The notes under the pieces were generated by a model. It was not told where the DNA came from. It did not search any database and saw only the letters and a list, made by a program, of their open reading frames with translations. Positions 17,759-25,815 of a DNA stretch of 64,000 nucleotides are shown here, in pieces. The stretch is from the sequence record NC_041936.1; one strand, given 5' to 3'. Position 1 is the first letter of the stretch; every line of letters begins with the position of its first letter. Source of the stretch: Escherichia phage ECD7. A program made the position numbers and the translations under genes.

Positions 17759-18047
17759 GTTCTCGATTCTCCATATTATGCAACATAACAAACTGTTGTG
17801 CGGCATATTCCCCCATAATAAAACACTGCTTAGAATCCATACATTTACTACGAGCATACATCTTCATAATATGGGCATGAAATTTCTGGCTGGTTTCAAT
17901 GGAAGGAGATATTTTGTTTACATATACTATCATTGCACCGTCGAAATAATCAGTAAAGTCACCAGTTGGATCATATTGATCAGCACTGACACTTCCGACC
18001 GCAGTCAAGCATATTGCCGCTGTTAGAGTTTTACGAATAAATGACAT
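17745..18047 (-). CDS. secreted/periplasmic protein, rI-like (putative lysis-inhibition regulator)
   Basis: 100 aa; N-terminal signal peptide MSFIRKTLTAAICLTAVGSVSA; two-Cys C-terminal region resembling T4 rI; sits next to tk as rI does in T4. Confidence 0.45.
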   Translation of the reverse strand: MSFIRKTLTAAICLTAVGSVSADQYDPTGDFTDYFDGAMIVYVNKISPSIETSQKFHAHIMKMYARSKCMDSKQCFIMGEYAAQQFVMLHNMENREHEIQ

Positions 18048-18055
18048 AAGTCATT

Positions 18056-18096
18056 CCCCCAGATTAAAAATATTCAGTTATATTTATAATCTGGGG
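18056..18096 (-). promoter_or_regulatory. 10-bp stem hairpin (CCCCAGATTA..TAATCTGGGG) containing a late-promoter TATAAATA box (18081-18088) and overlapping the SD of the rI-like gene
   Basis: Inverted repeat between the tk stop and the 18047 start; TATAAATA read on the minus strand; SD GGGGGA lies in the 3' stem arm. Confidence 0.5.
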
Positions 18097-18115
18097 CTTT
18101 ATTTATGATTAACTC

Positions 18116-18712
18116 TTATTTGGTAGTACCGTCAATAAAATGTTTACGGCACACAGAGACATATTTATCCTCTGCACCAACTTCTATTTGAGCACCATCG
18201 CGAATAACATTACCCTCTTTATCTACACGAAGGACCATTGTTGCTTTCTTGCCACAATGACAAATACCCTTCATTTCGACCAGTTTATCAGCAAATGCCA
18301 TTAATGCCGCAGATCCTTCAAATAGATTGCCCTGAAAGTCGGTGCGAAGGCCATAGCACAGTACAGGGATATTTGCATCATCGACAAGCGCACACAAGCC
18401 TAAAACATGCTCTTTAGTCATAAATTGGGCTTCATCTACAAATACAGCATCAGGACGCCATCGATCCGGTCTACGCTTACCTAACGATTCACGATAAACC
18501 AAATCGAAAAGATCATCCGATTTAGTGAAGGTGATCGCTGGAGCACTTAGACCAATTCGGGAAACAACTTCACTTTCTGAATCTCGATTATCAATCGCTG
18601 GCTTAAGAATTAATACTCGCATATCACGTTCGGTATAGTTATAAGCACTTTGTAACAGAGAAGTTGATTTGCCAGCGTTCATAGATGCATAGTAGAAATA
18701 TAGTTGCGCCAT
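18116..18712 (-). CDS. tk: thymidine kinase
   Basis: 198 aa; P-loop SMNAGKST, VFVDEAQF, C-terminal Zn motif CHCGK...CRKH. Confidence 0.9.
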   Translation of the reverse strand: MAQLYFYYASMNAGKSTSLLQSAYNYTERDMRVLILKPAIDNRDSESEVVSRIGLSAPAITFTKSDDLFDLVYRESLGKRRPDRWRPDAVFVDEAQFMTKEHVLGLCALVDDANIPVLCYGLRTDFQGNLFEGSAALMAFADKLVEMKGICHCGKKATMVLRVDKEGNVIRDGAQIEVGAEDKYVSVCRKHFIDGTTK

Positions 18713-19005
18713 TAATTAATCTCCAAAAATCCAGCAAGACCTAAACCGATATAAGTCCAGATACAAAGGAAAAAGAAGCAAACACCCATAGCAAAGATAA
18801 ATCCGCGTAGTGTCTTTGGATAACCTACCCAATATTCCCGACCATCTTCTAACCGGATCAACTTATTGCCTTGCGAGTCCATATCAACTACAACATGTTT
18901 ATTTCGAGATTGCAATAGATATTGTTTTACAATCTCTACACCCGCCATAATAACAATAACGAAAATAAAAGTCCACACAACAAGATTAATGATAGTCTCA
19001 AGCAT
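18712..19005 (-). CDS. hypothetical membrane protein
   Basis: ORF track 97 aa; two hydrophobic helices. Confidence 0.45.
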   Translation of the reverse strand: MLETIINLVVWTFIFVIVIMAGVEIVKQYLLQSRNKHVVVDMDSQGNKLIRLEDGREYWVGYPKTLRGFIFAMGVCFFFLCIWTYIGLGLAGFLEIN

Positions 19006-19240
19006 TTTCTATCACCTCCACCCAATCAGGTGTTTCCTGAAAGACTCCTTCACCTTCATGATGGTCGCAACCTTTATTGCTGCAATACATCCACCAATCC
19101 CACATTCCCCACGGTAAACGCTGCATATCGTCGTTACAGCAAGTGAAGATGATAGGCCAACCACATCTACCACAACGGCAGTTTTCCTTCATGTGTGCGG
19201 TATTAGGCTTCTTCATAGATGACTCCAATATAATCGACAT
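18998..19240 (-). CDS. hypothetical Cys-rich protein
   Basis: ORF track 80 aa; CRCGRCG...CCNDD...CSNKGCDHH. Confidence 0.4.
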   Translation of the reverse strand: MSIILESSMKKPNTAHMKENCRCGRCGWPIIFTCCNDDMQRLPWGMWDWWMYCSNKGCDHHEGEGVFQETPDWVEVIENA

Positions 19241-19443
19241 TTACATTTAGGGCAATGCGGTTCTTTAATATAATACCCGTCTGTCTTTGGAACACTAACA
19301 GGAGCGGTTTTTATATTGTATTCAGTGAAACAACGAAAACAAGTTACGTTTTCTACAGACTGACGTTTCACCCAATCACCGGAATATAGATCATTTTTAT
19401 TTGTCATATTCAACCACCACAATGTTAATGTCTGGAGTAGCAA
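19213..19443 (-). CDS. hypothetical zinc-ribbon protein
   Basis: ORF track 76 aa; CFRC...CPKCKC. Confidence 0.4.
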   Translation of the reverse strand: MLLQTLTLWWLNMTNKNDLYSGDWVKRQSVENVTCFRCFTEYNIKTAPVSVPKTDGYYIKEPHCPKCKCRLYWSHL

Positions 19444-19852
19444 TATTAATGATCTCTTCTACACATTCCCACTCAAGGCCACCGATACCGCAACCGATTT
19501 TAGGAATATAGAAAGGCTGTATAGCACCCTCAAAAACATCATTGAGAGACTCAAATCCTTTCAGGATAGCACCATATTCAGCATTTGGACCCGGTCGGAA
19601 TTTGGTATAGAGATTCACCCCGCACCAGTTATAACCATTAACTTGATGCGTCCAGACACTAAACCCACCCAGCTTTTCGACCTTACCGCGAGAAGTTTGC
19701 TTGTCAATCTCTAACGCTTGCGGGAACTCTTTCGCGATCTTCGCAGCAATACCAGCGCCCATAGTATGAAAACAATTACAACCATGAATTAAATGACCGT
19801 TTCCTTGTTTAAACAGGGCGATGAGATCGCCCTTTACAGTATCAATAATCAT
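19397..19852 (-). CDS. macro-domain-like protein (putative ADP-ribose binding/processing)
   Basis: 151 aa; GDL...IHGCNCFHTMGAGIAAKIAKEFP...IPKIGCGIGGL parallels the macro-domain pattern; SD GAGGTTTATATT. Confidence 0.45.
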   Translation of the reverse strand: MIIDTVKGDLIALFKQGNGHLIHGCNCFHTMGAGIAAKIAKEFPQALEIDKQTSRGKVEKLGGFSVWTHQVNGYNWCGVNLYTKFRPGPNAEYGAILKGFESLNDVFEGAIQPFYIPKIGCGIGGLEWECVEEIINIATPDINIVVVEYDK

Positions 19853-19867
19853 AATATAAACCTCTCA

Positions 19868-20227
19868 TTAGTCACGGGAAGACAACCCAGCCATAAAACG
19901 GCTTAACAGTGTGTCGCGATAAGCAAAGCATAATTGCTTATCAGGAGCAGTATCACACAAGTTGCGTTTTGTTTTAGCAAAGCTGGCAATACTCAGATCC
20001 CATGCTCGATTTTTTCGTTTTTCGTCTCGACCTTGTTTGTATGCTTCATCAAGTTCGAGCGCGATAAAATCACTACACATGTTATCATCATCACAGAAAG
20101 TTTTAATGATCTTTTTGTTGATCTCAAATCCTTTGTATTCAAACTTTGGATAAGGGCGCTCATTACTAGCAAGCGCACCAGCAGAGAACATCATAGCAAT
20201 CATAGCAATTATTGTCAACTTTTTCAT
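19868..20227 (-). CDS. secreted hypothetical protein
   Basis: 119 aa; signal peptide MKKLTIIAMIAMMFSAGALA; several Cys. Confidence 0.45.
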   Translation of the reverse strand: MKKLTIIAMIAMMFSAGALASNERPYPKFEYKGFEINKKIIKTFCDDDNMCSDFIALELDEAYKQGRDEKRKNRAWDLSIASFAKTKRNLCDTAPDKQLCFAYRDTLLSRFMAGLSSRD

Positions 20228-20234
20228 ATATTCC

Positions 20235-20825
20235 TCAATAGCGTTTAGTCTTAAGAATGCCTTTACTCTTTAGATGGTTAGCCTTTTTTAGTACGTCATC
20301 AGCATAACCTAATCCGGCTTTATAGTTCCATCCAGCATTGTAAGAAGCTAGCGCGAGTCTGATATTACCGTTTCGAATATCCAGCCAGTATGCTAACTCA
20401 TCCATCGCGTAGAATGCAGAAACCTCGCGATTCATGATAAAGTTGATAGTCTGGCGATCACTCATTTTAACACCGCGCTTTGCATTTTTCGCTTTCACCG
20501 TTTTAAGGTAATTTTGAAATAATCCATAAGCATGATGATTTTTCTTTGGTGCTAAGTTTGCACCCGCGCTTGATTCTTGCCATGCGATACCCGCCAGGAT
20601 GTGACCTAAACCCTTTCCGTTATAGCGAATATTCGGATGGTACTTTTTCAACTTACCGCTTTTCTCAAATTGCTCGCCGTATTGATAGGCGAAATGTAAA
20701 TTATCTAGTTGGTGTGCTGTAAAGTTGTCTATCGGCGCTTTTTTGATCGGTGCGCTAGTCGATGCGTGTGTAGCACCAACGGCTAGTGACAGACTCAATA
20801 CTATCGCTTTTAGAACTTTTAACAT
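20235..20825 (-). CDS. secreted lytic transglycosylase-like protein (SLT domain)
   Basis: 196 aa; signal peptide; SLT motifs AWQESS, GLFQ and SYNAGWNY. Confidence 0.6.
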   Translation of the reverse strand: MLKVLKAIVLSLSLAVGATHASTSAPIKKAPIDNFTAHQLDNLHFAYQYGEQFEKSGKLKKYHPNIRYNGKGLGHILAGIAWQESSAGANLAPKKNHHAYGLFQNYLKTVKAKNAKRGVKMSDRQTINFIMNREVSAFYAMDELAYWLDIRNGNIRLALASYNAGWNYKAGLGYADDVLKKANHLKSKGILKTKRY

Positions 20826-20859
20826 TAATTTCTCCTGTTTGGCTTAACTTTCTGATTTC

Positions 20860-20888
20860 ATAATATAGCCCTATCACCAGAAAGTCAA
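20860..20888 (-). promoter_or_regulatory. early promoter TTGACT-17-TATTAT
   Basis: Between the regB stop and the SLT-like gene start. Confidence 0.45.
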
Positions 20889-20911
20889 GCATTATTTTTA
20901 ACCAATTTCCA

Positions 20912-21334
20912 TTATTGGTCTACCTTCAAAACAACCGCCGACATTTTACCCGCCAGTCGTTTTGGATTCTCTATAATCATTCGGCAGCATAGACCGTGAT
21001 ATGGCTTACCCTCTTCGATTAGATCTACTGTCATCCCGATCCACATGTTACCATCAGTAATTTCTAATCGATTAGGTCGGTTTTCCATTTTCAGGAAGTC
21101 GAAGATCTCCGGCAAACGAGTTTCTATCTTATTGAATAGTTCCATTGTCTTATGTTCATCGATATGACGATCGGTTAGACGGTCGATCATATGCGGACTA
21201 AAGCGAATGAAAATATACTCGCCGTAACCATCATTCAAGCACTTTTCTTTGATCTGCGCATTGGTTTTGCGCATTTCGGTTTCGAAGAATCTACGCAGCT
21301 TACTACGGCGAACATGTACGTTAATTGTTTCCAT
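20912..21334 (-). CDS. regB: RegB site-specific endoribonuclease
   Basis: ORF 20912..21376 trimmed to METINVHVRRSKLRR; RLEITDGNMW and CCRMIIENPKRLAGK match T4 RegB. Confidence 0.85.
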   Translation of the reverse strand: METINVHVRRSKLRRFFETEMRKTNAQIKEKCLNDGYGEYIFIRFSPHMIDRLTDRHIDEHKTMELFNKIETRLPEIFDFLKMENRPNRLEITDGNMWIGMTVDLIEEGKPYHGLCCRMIIENPKRLAGKMSAVVLKVDQ

Positions 21335-21338
21335 TTTA

Positions 21339-21674
21339 TTATCCTTTCTTAAACAAATTGCGAATCCAGTATACAAACGGGATCTCTTTAAACTTGAATT
21401 TCTCTATAGTTAATTCTTTAGTAGCAAGATGAATACCATAAGCATCATGTGTCACGATATGCCATTTTCTATAGTCCAAATGTGAACAACCGTCTGGATC
21501 TAGGTTAATAAGAGTTTCTCGCTCACTAGGATTATTTTTCCACAATTTTGTAATAGGATCGCACATAATTCGACCTAGCGTACCATGAATAATCTCACAA
21601 CGGTAAAGTTTTCCAGCAGTGAGATAGGCGCACCCGTCATAGTCGGTATAAACAAACACTTCTTTAACACTCAT
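21339..21674 (-). CDS. hypothetical protein (small paralog family with 21732..21992 and 21974..22168)
   Basis: ORF 21339..21731 trimmed to MSVKEV behind AAGGAG; shared GY..D..G......L...C.HLD..W motif. Confidence 0.45.
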   Translation of the reverse strand: MSVKEVFVYTDYDGCAYLTAGKLYRCEIIHGTLGRIMCDPITKLWKNNPSERETLINLDPDGCSHLDYRKWHIVTHDAYGIHLATKELTIEKFKFKEIPFVYWIRNLFKKG

Positions 21675-21702
21675 TTTAATACTCCTTTGTTTCGATGGGG
21701 GT

Positions 21703-21731
21703 ATATTACTACCCCCGTTTTGTTGTGTCAA
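21703..21731 (-). promoter_or_regulatory. early promoter TTGACA-17-TAATAT with stem-loop GGGGGTA/TACCCCC around the -10
   Basis: Upstream of the 21674 start; SD AAGGAG. Confidence 0.5.
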
Positions 21732-21992
21732 CTACTTTTTCAAGATTTTTTTAATTGCGTTCCAAAGACCTTTATTCTCAGGTTGTTTTGGTTCTTCGAT
21801 CAGTGTCCATGTTCGACCGTCTAAGTGTGCACAATTTTTAAGACAAATAAAAATCTGGTGTCCATTATCATCACGGATATAACCACTATTCGCAAATCTT
21901 TCATGTGGTGTATATTCATACAGTGTATTTGGTGTAATATACTTGCGGTTACTATAAGGTGTCATTACATATTTCATGGTACTAACTCCCAT
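21732..21992 (-). CDS. hypothetical protein (paralog)
   Basis: ORF track 86 aa. Confidence 0.4.
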   Translation of the reverse strand: MGVSTMKYVMTPYSNRKYITPNTLYEYTPHERFANSGYIRDDNGHQIFICLKNCAHLDGRTWTLIEEPKQPENKGLWNAIKKILKK

Positions 21993-22168
21993 TTATCACC
22001 GCGAAGATGAGAACATCCACCATCAAGAAGGATCGTAATACGAAACCCCGCATCATCTTCAATATACCCGATTGTCGGTGGATTTTCGTCGTCTCGTGCC
22101 GGGGTAAAATCATACATCTTTCCCGGTGTGATATCATTGCCTTTATTGCTATTGGTATAAACTTGCAT
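21974..22168 (-). CDS. hypothetical protein (paralog)
   Basis: ORF track 64 aa. Confidence 0.4.
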   Translation of the reverse strand: MQVYTNSNKGNDITPGKMYDFTPARDDENPPTIGYIEDDAGFRITILLDGGCSHLRGDKWELVP

Positions 22169-22189
22169 TTTCTTAATCTCCTATATTAA

Positions 22190-22888
22190 CTAACCACGGG
22201 TATAGTGTTCCAGAACAACTGTCAGATGAATATATTCTAATAGATCTTTCCAAAAGTCAACATCTGGTTCTTCCGGCATACCGTTTTTCTTTGCCTCTTC
22301 ACGCGCGAGTTTAACACGCTCGTAGAGGTCTTTCAATTCTTCCCGCACATTATCAAATGTTCTTTCTCCTAACTTACACGCTAAAATCGAAGAACGTCGT
22401 GCGAGCGGGAATTGTAGATCACCTGTCTGGTAGATTTCAAGTAGCTGATAACCAACACGCAGAGCATGAGAAAGATCTTTCCAGTTACTGAAATACTTTT
22501 CCGATTTGGCTACCTGTTTCTTGAGATAACCAGACAAACCCCACATACCAACATGATAGAATTTATCGCGATGTGTTCGGATGTATTCCCATTCTCTGGA
22601 GGATTCGATCAACATGTTACTAGGCGCGTGCACCATGTCAATAGCGCCGATATCGCCTTTACATGCCAGATTGATAAACCGTTTTAGACTGAACATATTA
22701 ACGTCAATATCGTCTTTGGTGTTCTTGATCCCTTGACCGCTAGTGCTTTGATCATAGTGTTCTTTCATCGATCCTAAGATAATTTCTTTCGCAGTCGGAA
22801 CAAAGATACCACGATAATCTTTATCTGAATTTTCAGTATCAAGGCCGTATAAGTGAGATCCGAAGACCATTTTAACCATTGTATGCAT
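22190..22888 (-). CDS. nucleotidyltransferase-fold protein (pol-beta-like NTase superfamily), function unknown
   Basis: 232 aa; N-terminal VFGSHLYGLDTENSDKD matches the GS-x(9-13)-DxD NTase signature. Confidence 0.5.
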   Translation of the reverse strand: MHTMVKMVFGSHLYGLDTENSDKDYRGIFVPTAKEIILGSMKEHYDQSTSGQGIKNTKDDIDVNMFSLKRFINLACKGDIGAIDMVHAPSNMLIESSREWEYIRTHRDKFYHVGMWGLSGYLKKQVAKSEKYFSNWKDLSHALRVGYQLLEIYQTGDLQFPLARRSSILACKLGERTFDNVREELKDLYERVKLAREEAKKNGMPEEPDVDFWKDLLEYIHLTVVLEHYTRG

Positions 22889-22933
22889 AATTAAACCCTC
22901 AGTTGATTAAGAGATTGCATCATATCATCATAA

Positions 22934-22963
22934 AACGAAAAAGCCAACCCTTTTCGGATTGGC
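22934..22963 (-). terminator. rho-independent terminator after the grcA-like gene
   Basis: Hairpin GCCAATCCGAAAAGGGTTGGC + TTTTTCGTT on the minus strand. Confidence 0.6.
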
Positions 22964-22974
22964 TTGATGAAAAA

Positions 22975-23391
22975 TTAGAGAGATTCGGTAAAGGTACGCG
23001 CGATAACGTCACGCTGCTGGTCTGGAGTCAGACTATTGAAGCGCACTGCGTAACCAGAAACGCGAATTGTAAGCTGCGGGTACTTCTCAGGATGTTCAAC
23101 AGCGTCCAGCAACATTTCTCGTAACAATACGTTAACATTCAAATGCTGACCACCTTCGACAACCGGAGCACCATTATCTACAATGACAGGACGGAAGCTA
23201 GTTGTGTGCAGTGCCAGCGAATCGACGTCTTCTGCGGTGATCACATGGTCTTCTGCGAAAGTTTTACTAACAATTACTTTAGCGCCGATCAGTGCTTTCG
23301 GTTCGGATACCAGAATCATAGGCGCGAAGTGTCCACCAATAATAGTACCTTTATGCTCACCTTTCATGATTTGAATTGCTTTAAATTCCAT
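22975..23391 (-). CDS. grcA: autonomous glycyl radical cofactor (GrcA/YfiD-like)
   Basis: 138 aa; C-terminal [12 protein letters not shown]...[36 protein letters not shown] is close to E. coli GrcA; T4 is known to carry a YfiD homolog. Confidence 0.85.
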   Translation of the reverse strand: MEFKAIQIMKGEHKGTIIGGHFAPMILVSEPKALIGAKVIVSKTFAEDHVITAEDVDSLALHTTSFRPVIVDNGAPVVEGGQHLNVNVLLREMLLDAVEHPEKYPQLTIRVSGYAVRFNSLTPDQQRDVIARTFTESL

Positions 23392-23401
23392 AATTCACCT
23401 C

Positions 23402-23527
23402 TTATAGATCAGGACGTTCGTCATTAATTTTACCAACCAAAACACCATAGAGTTTATCAGGTTGGATTTTACGATTCTTTTTAATTGTAGCACGAAATCG
23501 ACGAGCTACGCTATCTTTATTTTTCAT
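23402..23527 (-). CDS. small basic hypothetical protein (41 aa, not in ORF track)
   Basis: Hand-translated MKNKDSVARRFRATIKKNRKIQPDKLYGVLVGKINDERPDL; start overlaps upstream stop (TAATG). Confidence 0.25.
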   Translation of the reverse strand: MKNKDSVARRFRATIKKNRKIQPDKLYGVLVGKINDERPDL

Positions 23528-24012
23528 TAGTTGATACCTAAGCCAATGAAAATAGGTTGGTCTTCTACACTACCCCTTCCAACACTAAATCGATTTACTT
23601 CTAAAAACTGCAATACGCTGTCAGTAAATCCGCGCATGGTAGTATCTAGGATAAAAATTGTTTTGTCAAGACTACGACCTCGCCAAGTGATCGGATTCAG
23701 GAAAGTTCGGATAGACGTACAATCTACATTTGAAATATTTACATTTTCACCGCGACCGCGATCTCGGATCGTTTTGGCATGTTCCCGCGTCGTTGAAACG
23801 ATAAAGACACTATAGCCTTTTCTAGTATAATGGTCATATAACTTGATTGTAGCGTCTGTATGCCCTGTCTGACGTCCTAAATTGATTGAGACGATGGAAT
23901 CTAGGTCATCAGCAAAATTGCGTCGCTTACGGCGTTCTATGATGCCATTTACGGCAGAAATACACGCAGCATAAATCAAATCTTTACTTTCTAATTTTAC
24001 ATCAATATTCAT
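23527..24012 (-). CDS. hypothetical protein
   Basis: ORF track 161 aa; SD GGAG; GC hairpin just upstream. Confidence 0.45.
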   Translation of the reverse strand: MNIDVKLESKDLIYAACISAVNGIIERRKRRNFADDLDSIVSINLGRQTGHTDATIKLYDHYTRKGYSVFIVSTTREHAKTIRDRGRGENVNISNVDCTSIRTFLNPITWRGRSLDKTIFILDTTMRGFTDSVLQFLEVNRFSVGRGSVEDQPIFIGLGIN

Positions 24013-24028
24013 GGTAAAGTCTCCAGTG

Positions 24029-24061
24029 AACGGGGAGAGATCCTTAGATTGTCTCCCCGTT
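24029..24061 (-). promoter_or_regulatory. GC-rich 10-bp stem-loop (AACGGGGAGA..TCTCCCCGTT) without U-tract, between the endolysin and the next gene
   Basis: Perfect inverted repeat with 13-nt loop; shares the CGGGGAGA arm with hairpins near nrdD and gene 19. Confidence 0.4.
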
Positions 24062-24074
24062 GATGGTTAATATT

Positions 24075-24464
24075 TTATTTTGGATCTGGGTATTTGCTGT
24101 GTGGTAGCTGAAAATGAACACCGTCTTTAAACGATACCCAATCCCCACCCCATTCAACAGAAACACCCAATTCTCGACCAGCTTGTTTAAATGCATCCGC
24201 GATCATGCGGTAGTATTTCATGTTCCATGTATCCTTATCTTTCGGATACGCTACAACGTCAACCGCTAAACCGTGAAGATGACGAGATTTCATAGTCTTA
24301 GATTTACCTTCCGCAACATATTTCTTTTGCGTTTCTAGACTACGTACACCTTCCGTAATACCAAAATCGACCGGAGTCAGTTCTAATGCACGATGAACGA
24401 CTTTTACCAGATCAGGATGCACACCAACAAGCCGATCTTTGCTTCTTTGAGATAATTTAAACAT
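24075..24464 (-). CDS. endolysin, L-alanyl-D-glutamate peptidase (peptidase M15 family)
   Basis: 129 aa; SRHLHGLAVDV and DGVHFQL are the Zn-binding His/Asp/His motifs of M15 peptidases (T5 endolysin type). Confidence 0.7.
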   Translation of the reverse strand: MFKLSQRSKDRLVGVHPDLVKVVHRALELTPVDFGITEGVRSLETQKKYVAEGKSKTMKSRHLHGLAVDVVAYPKDKDTWNMKYYRMIADAFKQAGRELGVSVEWGGDWVSFKDGVHFQLPHSKYPDPK

Positions 24465-24493
24465 TATTCACCCCCCTTTGTGAGTGATAATAT

Positions 24494-24685
24494 TTAGATT
24501 CCGGCGATCCTGCATATAGTTCTTGTATTAGCACCAATCAGGATCGCATTAACGACAACCATTCCCCAATCAACCCACTGATTATTATAAATGCTAAACC
24601 CGTTTGCAAGACCAAATACAAGCATTCCGGTACACATACTCAGAGCAATAATCAACATCACGGTAAAACCAAATGCAAATCTCAT
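24494..24685 (-). CDS. small hydrophobic membrane protein
   Basis: ORF track 63 aa; two TM-like segments. Confidence 0.4.
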   Translation of the reverse strand: MRFAFGFTVMLIIALSMCTGMLVFGLANGFSIYNNQWVDWGMVVVNAILIGANTRTICRIAGI

Positions 24686-24686
24686 A

Positions 24687-24953
24687 TTATTTTCCTTTTC
24701 TCTGTTTACGTTTATAAAAGTAATACATTACCTCATCGCGTCCGGTGATCCAACATGCTAGGGCGGTAAACAGGTTTACAATTCCCAACACACCTACGGA
24801 TGCGGCGCTGTCAACAGACATAGGAACAGTAAAGGCCATAGCTAACATAGCAACGCCACAAATGACATTAAGCACCATTATAATAAGACCGAAGAAAACC
24901 ATTGTCAATCCTCCCAAATAAGAAAACCAACAATCACGCCAGTGATAAGACAT
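24687..24953 (-). CDS. small hydrophobic membrane protein
   Basis: ORF track 88 aa. Confidence 0.4.
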   Translation of the reverse strand: MSYHWRDCWFSYLGGLTMVFFGLIIMVLNVICGVAMLAMAFTVPMSVDSAASVGVLGIVNLFTALACWITGRDEVMYYFYKRKQRKGK

Positions 24954-25096
24954 GATGCGCCGCTAATAAGACAACCCGCGCCAAGTGATTCCCACCAGAT
25001 CAGAGAAGCGACAATAACACAGAATCCCCATACTACCGCAATCACAACATAGGCAAGGGTCGCCCAAAACATATATTTGTTCATAATAAATCCCAT
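24905..25096 (-). CDS. small hydrophobic membrane protein
   Basis: ORF track 63 aa. Confidence 0.4.
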   Translation of the reverse strand: MGFIMNKYMFWATLAYVVIAVVWGFCVIVASLIWWESLGAGCLISGASCLITGVIVGFLIWED

Positions 25097-25254
25097 TCAC
25101 CAAACAAATAAGAAAAAAGCCATATCAACAGAAACGAGGCAATTGATCCGGCAAGCAAAATGATATTAGAGAATCCGCCGTCTATCCAGCGACAAAACAG
25201 AATACGCCAGTATAGAAGCATAAACCCAGTACAAAGCATACTATAAGCAACCAT
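25081..25254 (-). CDS. small hydrophobic protein (57 aa, not in ORF track)
   Basis: Hand-translated MVAYSMLCTGFMLLYWRILFCRW...; fills an otherwise non-coding gap. Confidence 0.3.
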   Translation of the reverse strand: MVAYSMLCTGFMLLYWRILFCRWIDGGFSNIILLAGSIASFLLIWLFSYLFGEWDLL

Positions 25255-25315
25255 AGAAAGCCCTCCAGTGAGCTAATTTAGTGCGGGTAGTACATTACCC
25301 TACCCGTATTGTTAA

Positions 25316-25474
25316 TCATCGCAGAGCTTCTTCTAGCGCGATCCCAAACCATCCACAAACAACGCCCATACAGACAGCTACAAGAAGATTCATTCTCTCT
25401 TTAGGAATCATTGCAATCATAACAACAACCATACAGAAAGCCATTACCATTGAAGTTAACATTTGTTCAACCAT
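25316..25474 (-). CDS. small hydrophobic protein (52 aa, not in ORF track)
   Basis: Hand-translated MVEQMLTSMVMAFCMVVVMIAMIPKERMNLLVAVCMGVVCGWFGIALEEALR. Confidence 0.3.
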   Translation of the reverse strand: MVEQMLTSMVMAFCMVVVMIAMIPKERMNLLVAVCMGVVCGWFGIALEEALR

Positions 25475-25476
25475 TA

Positions 25477-25815
25477 TCACACCTTTAAAGTCATAGACGC
25501 ATAAACATTAATGCCAGTCCAGTTAGGATCGCAATTATACTCAACATCCCACAAATAAAGCGGTTTAGATGTATCAGCCAAGTTTTTAAAATCTTCTACC
25601 CACATTTCAAGGCTATATGATGGATAAACTAGGCTATCATATCCGCCGTAACGTTGGCCTACTGGTCGGTCAGTAAAAACTACCTCAAGATCCGGTAATT
25701 CTTTTTCAAGGATAACCGCCAGCGCATAAATCAGACGGTCTTCCTTGTTACGCTGCCGAAGGACCGTTGTCAGTTGGGTTTTCTGGTTCACTAGCAAGCA
25801 CCTCCACATTTTCAC
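25477..25815 (-). CDS. hypothetical protein
   Basis: ORF track 112 aa; overlaps upstream ORF by 68 nt. Confidence 0.4.
   Translation of the reverse strand: MKMWRCLLVNQKTQLTTVLRQRNKEDRLIYALAVILEKELPDLEVVFTDRPVGQRYGGYDSLVYPSYSLEMWVEDFKNLADTSKPLYLWDVEYNCDPNWTGINVYASMTLKV

Noticed and set aside
23527-24012. Reading ORF 23527-24012 as a degenerate terminase-like P-loop ATPase because of INLGRQTGHT
   Set aside because: The Walker A lysine is replaced by His and no Walker B or other ATPase motif is evident; the resemblance to SRQLGKT is probably chance.
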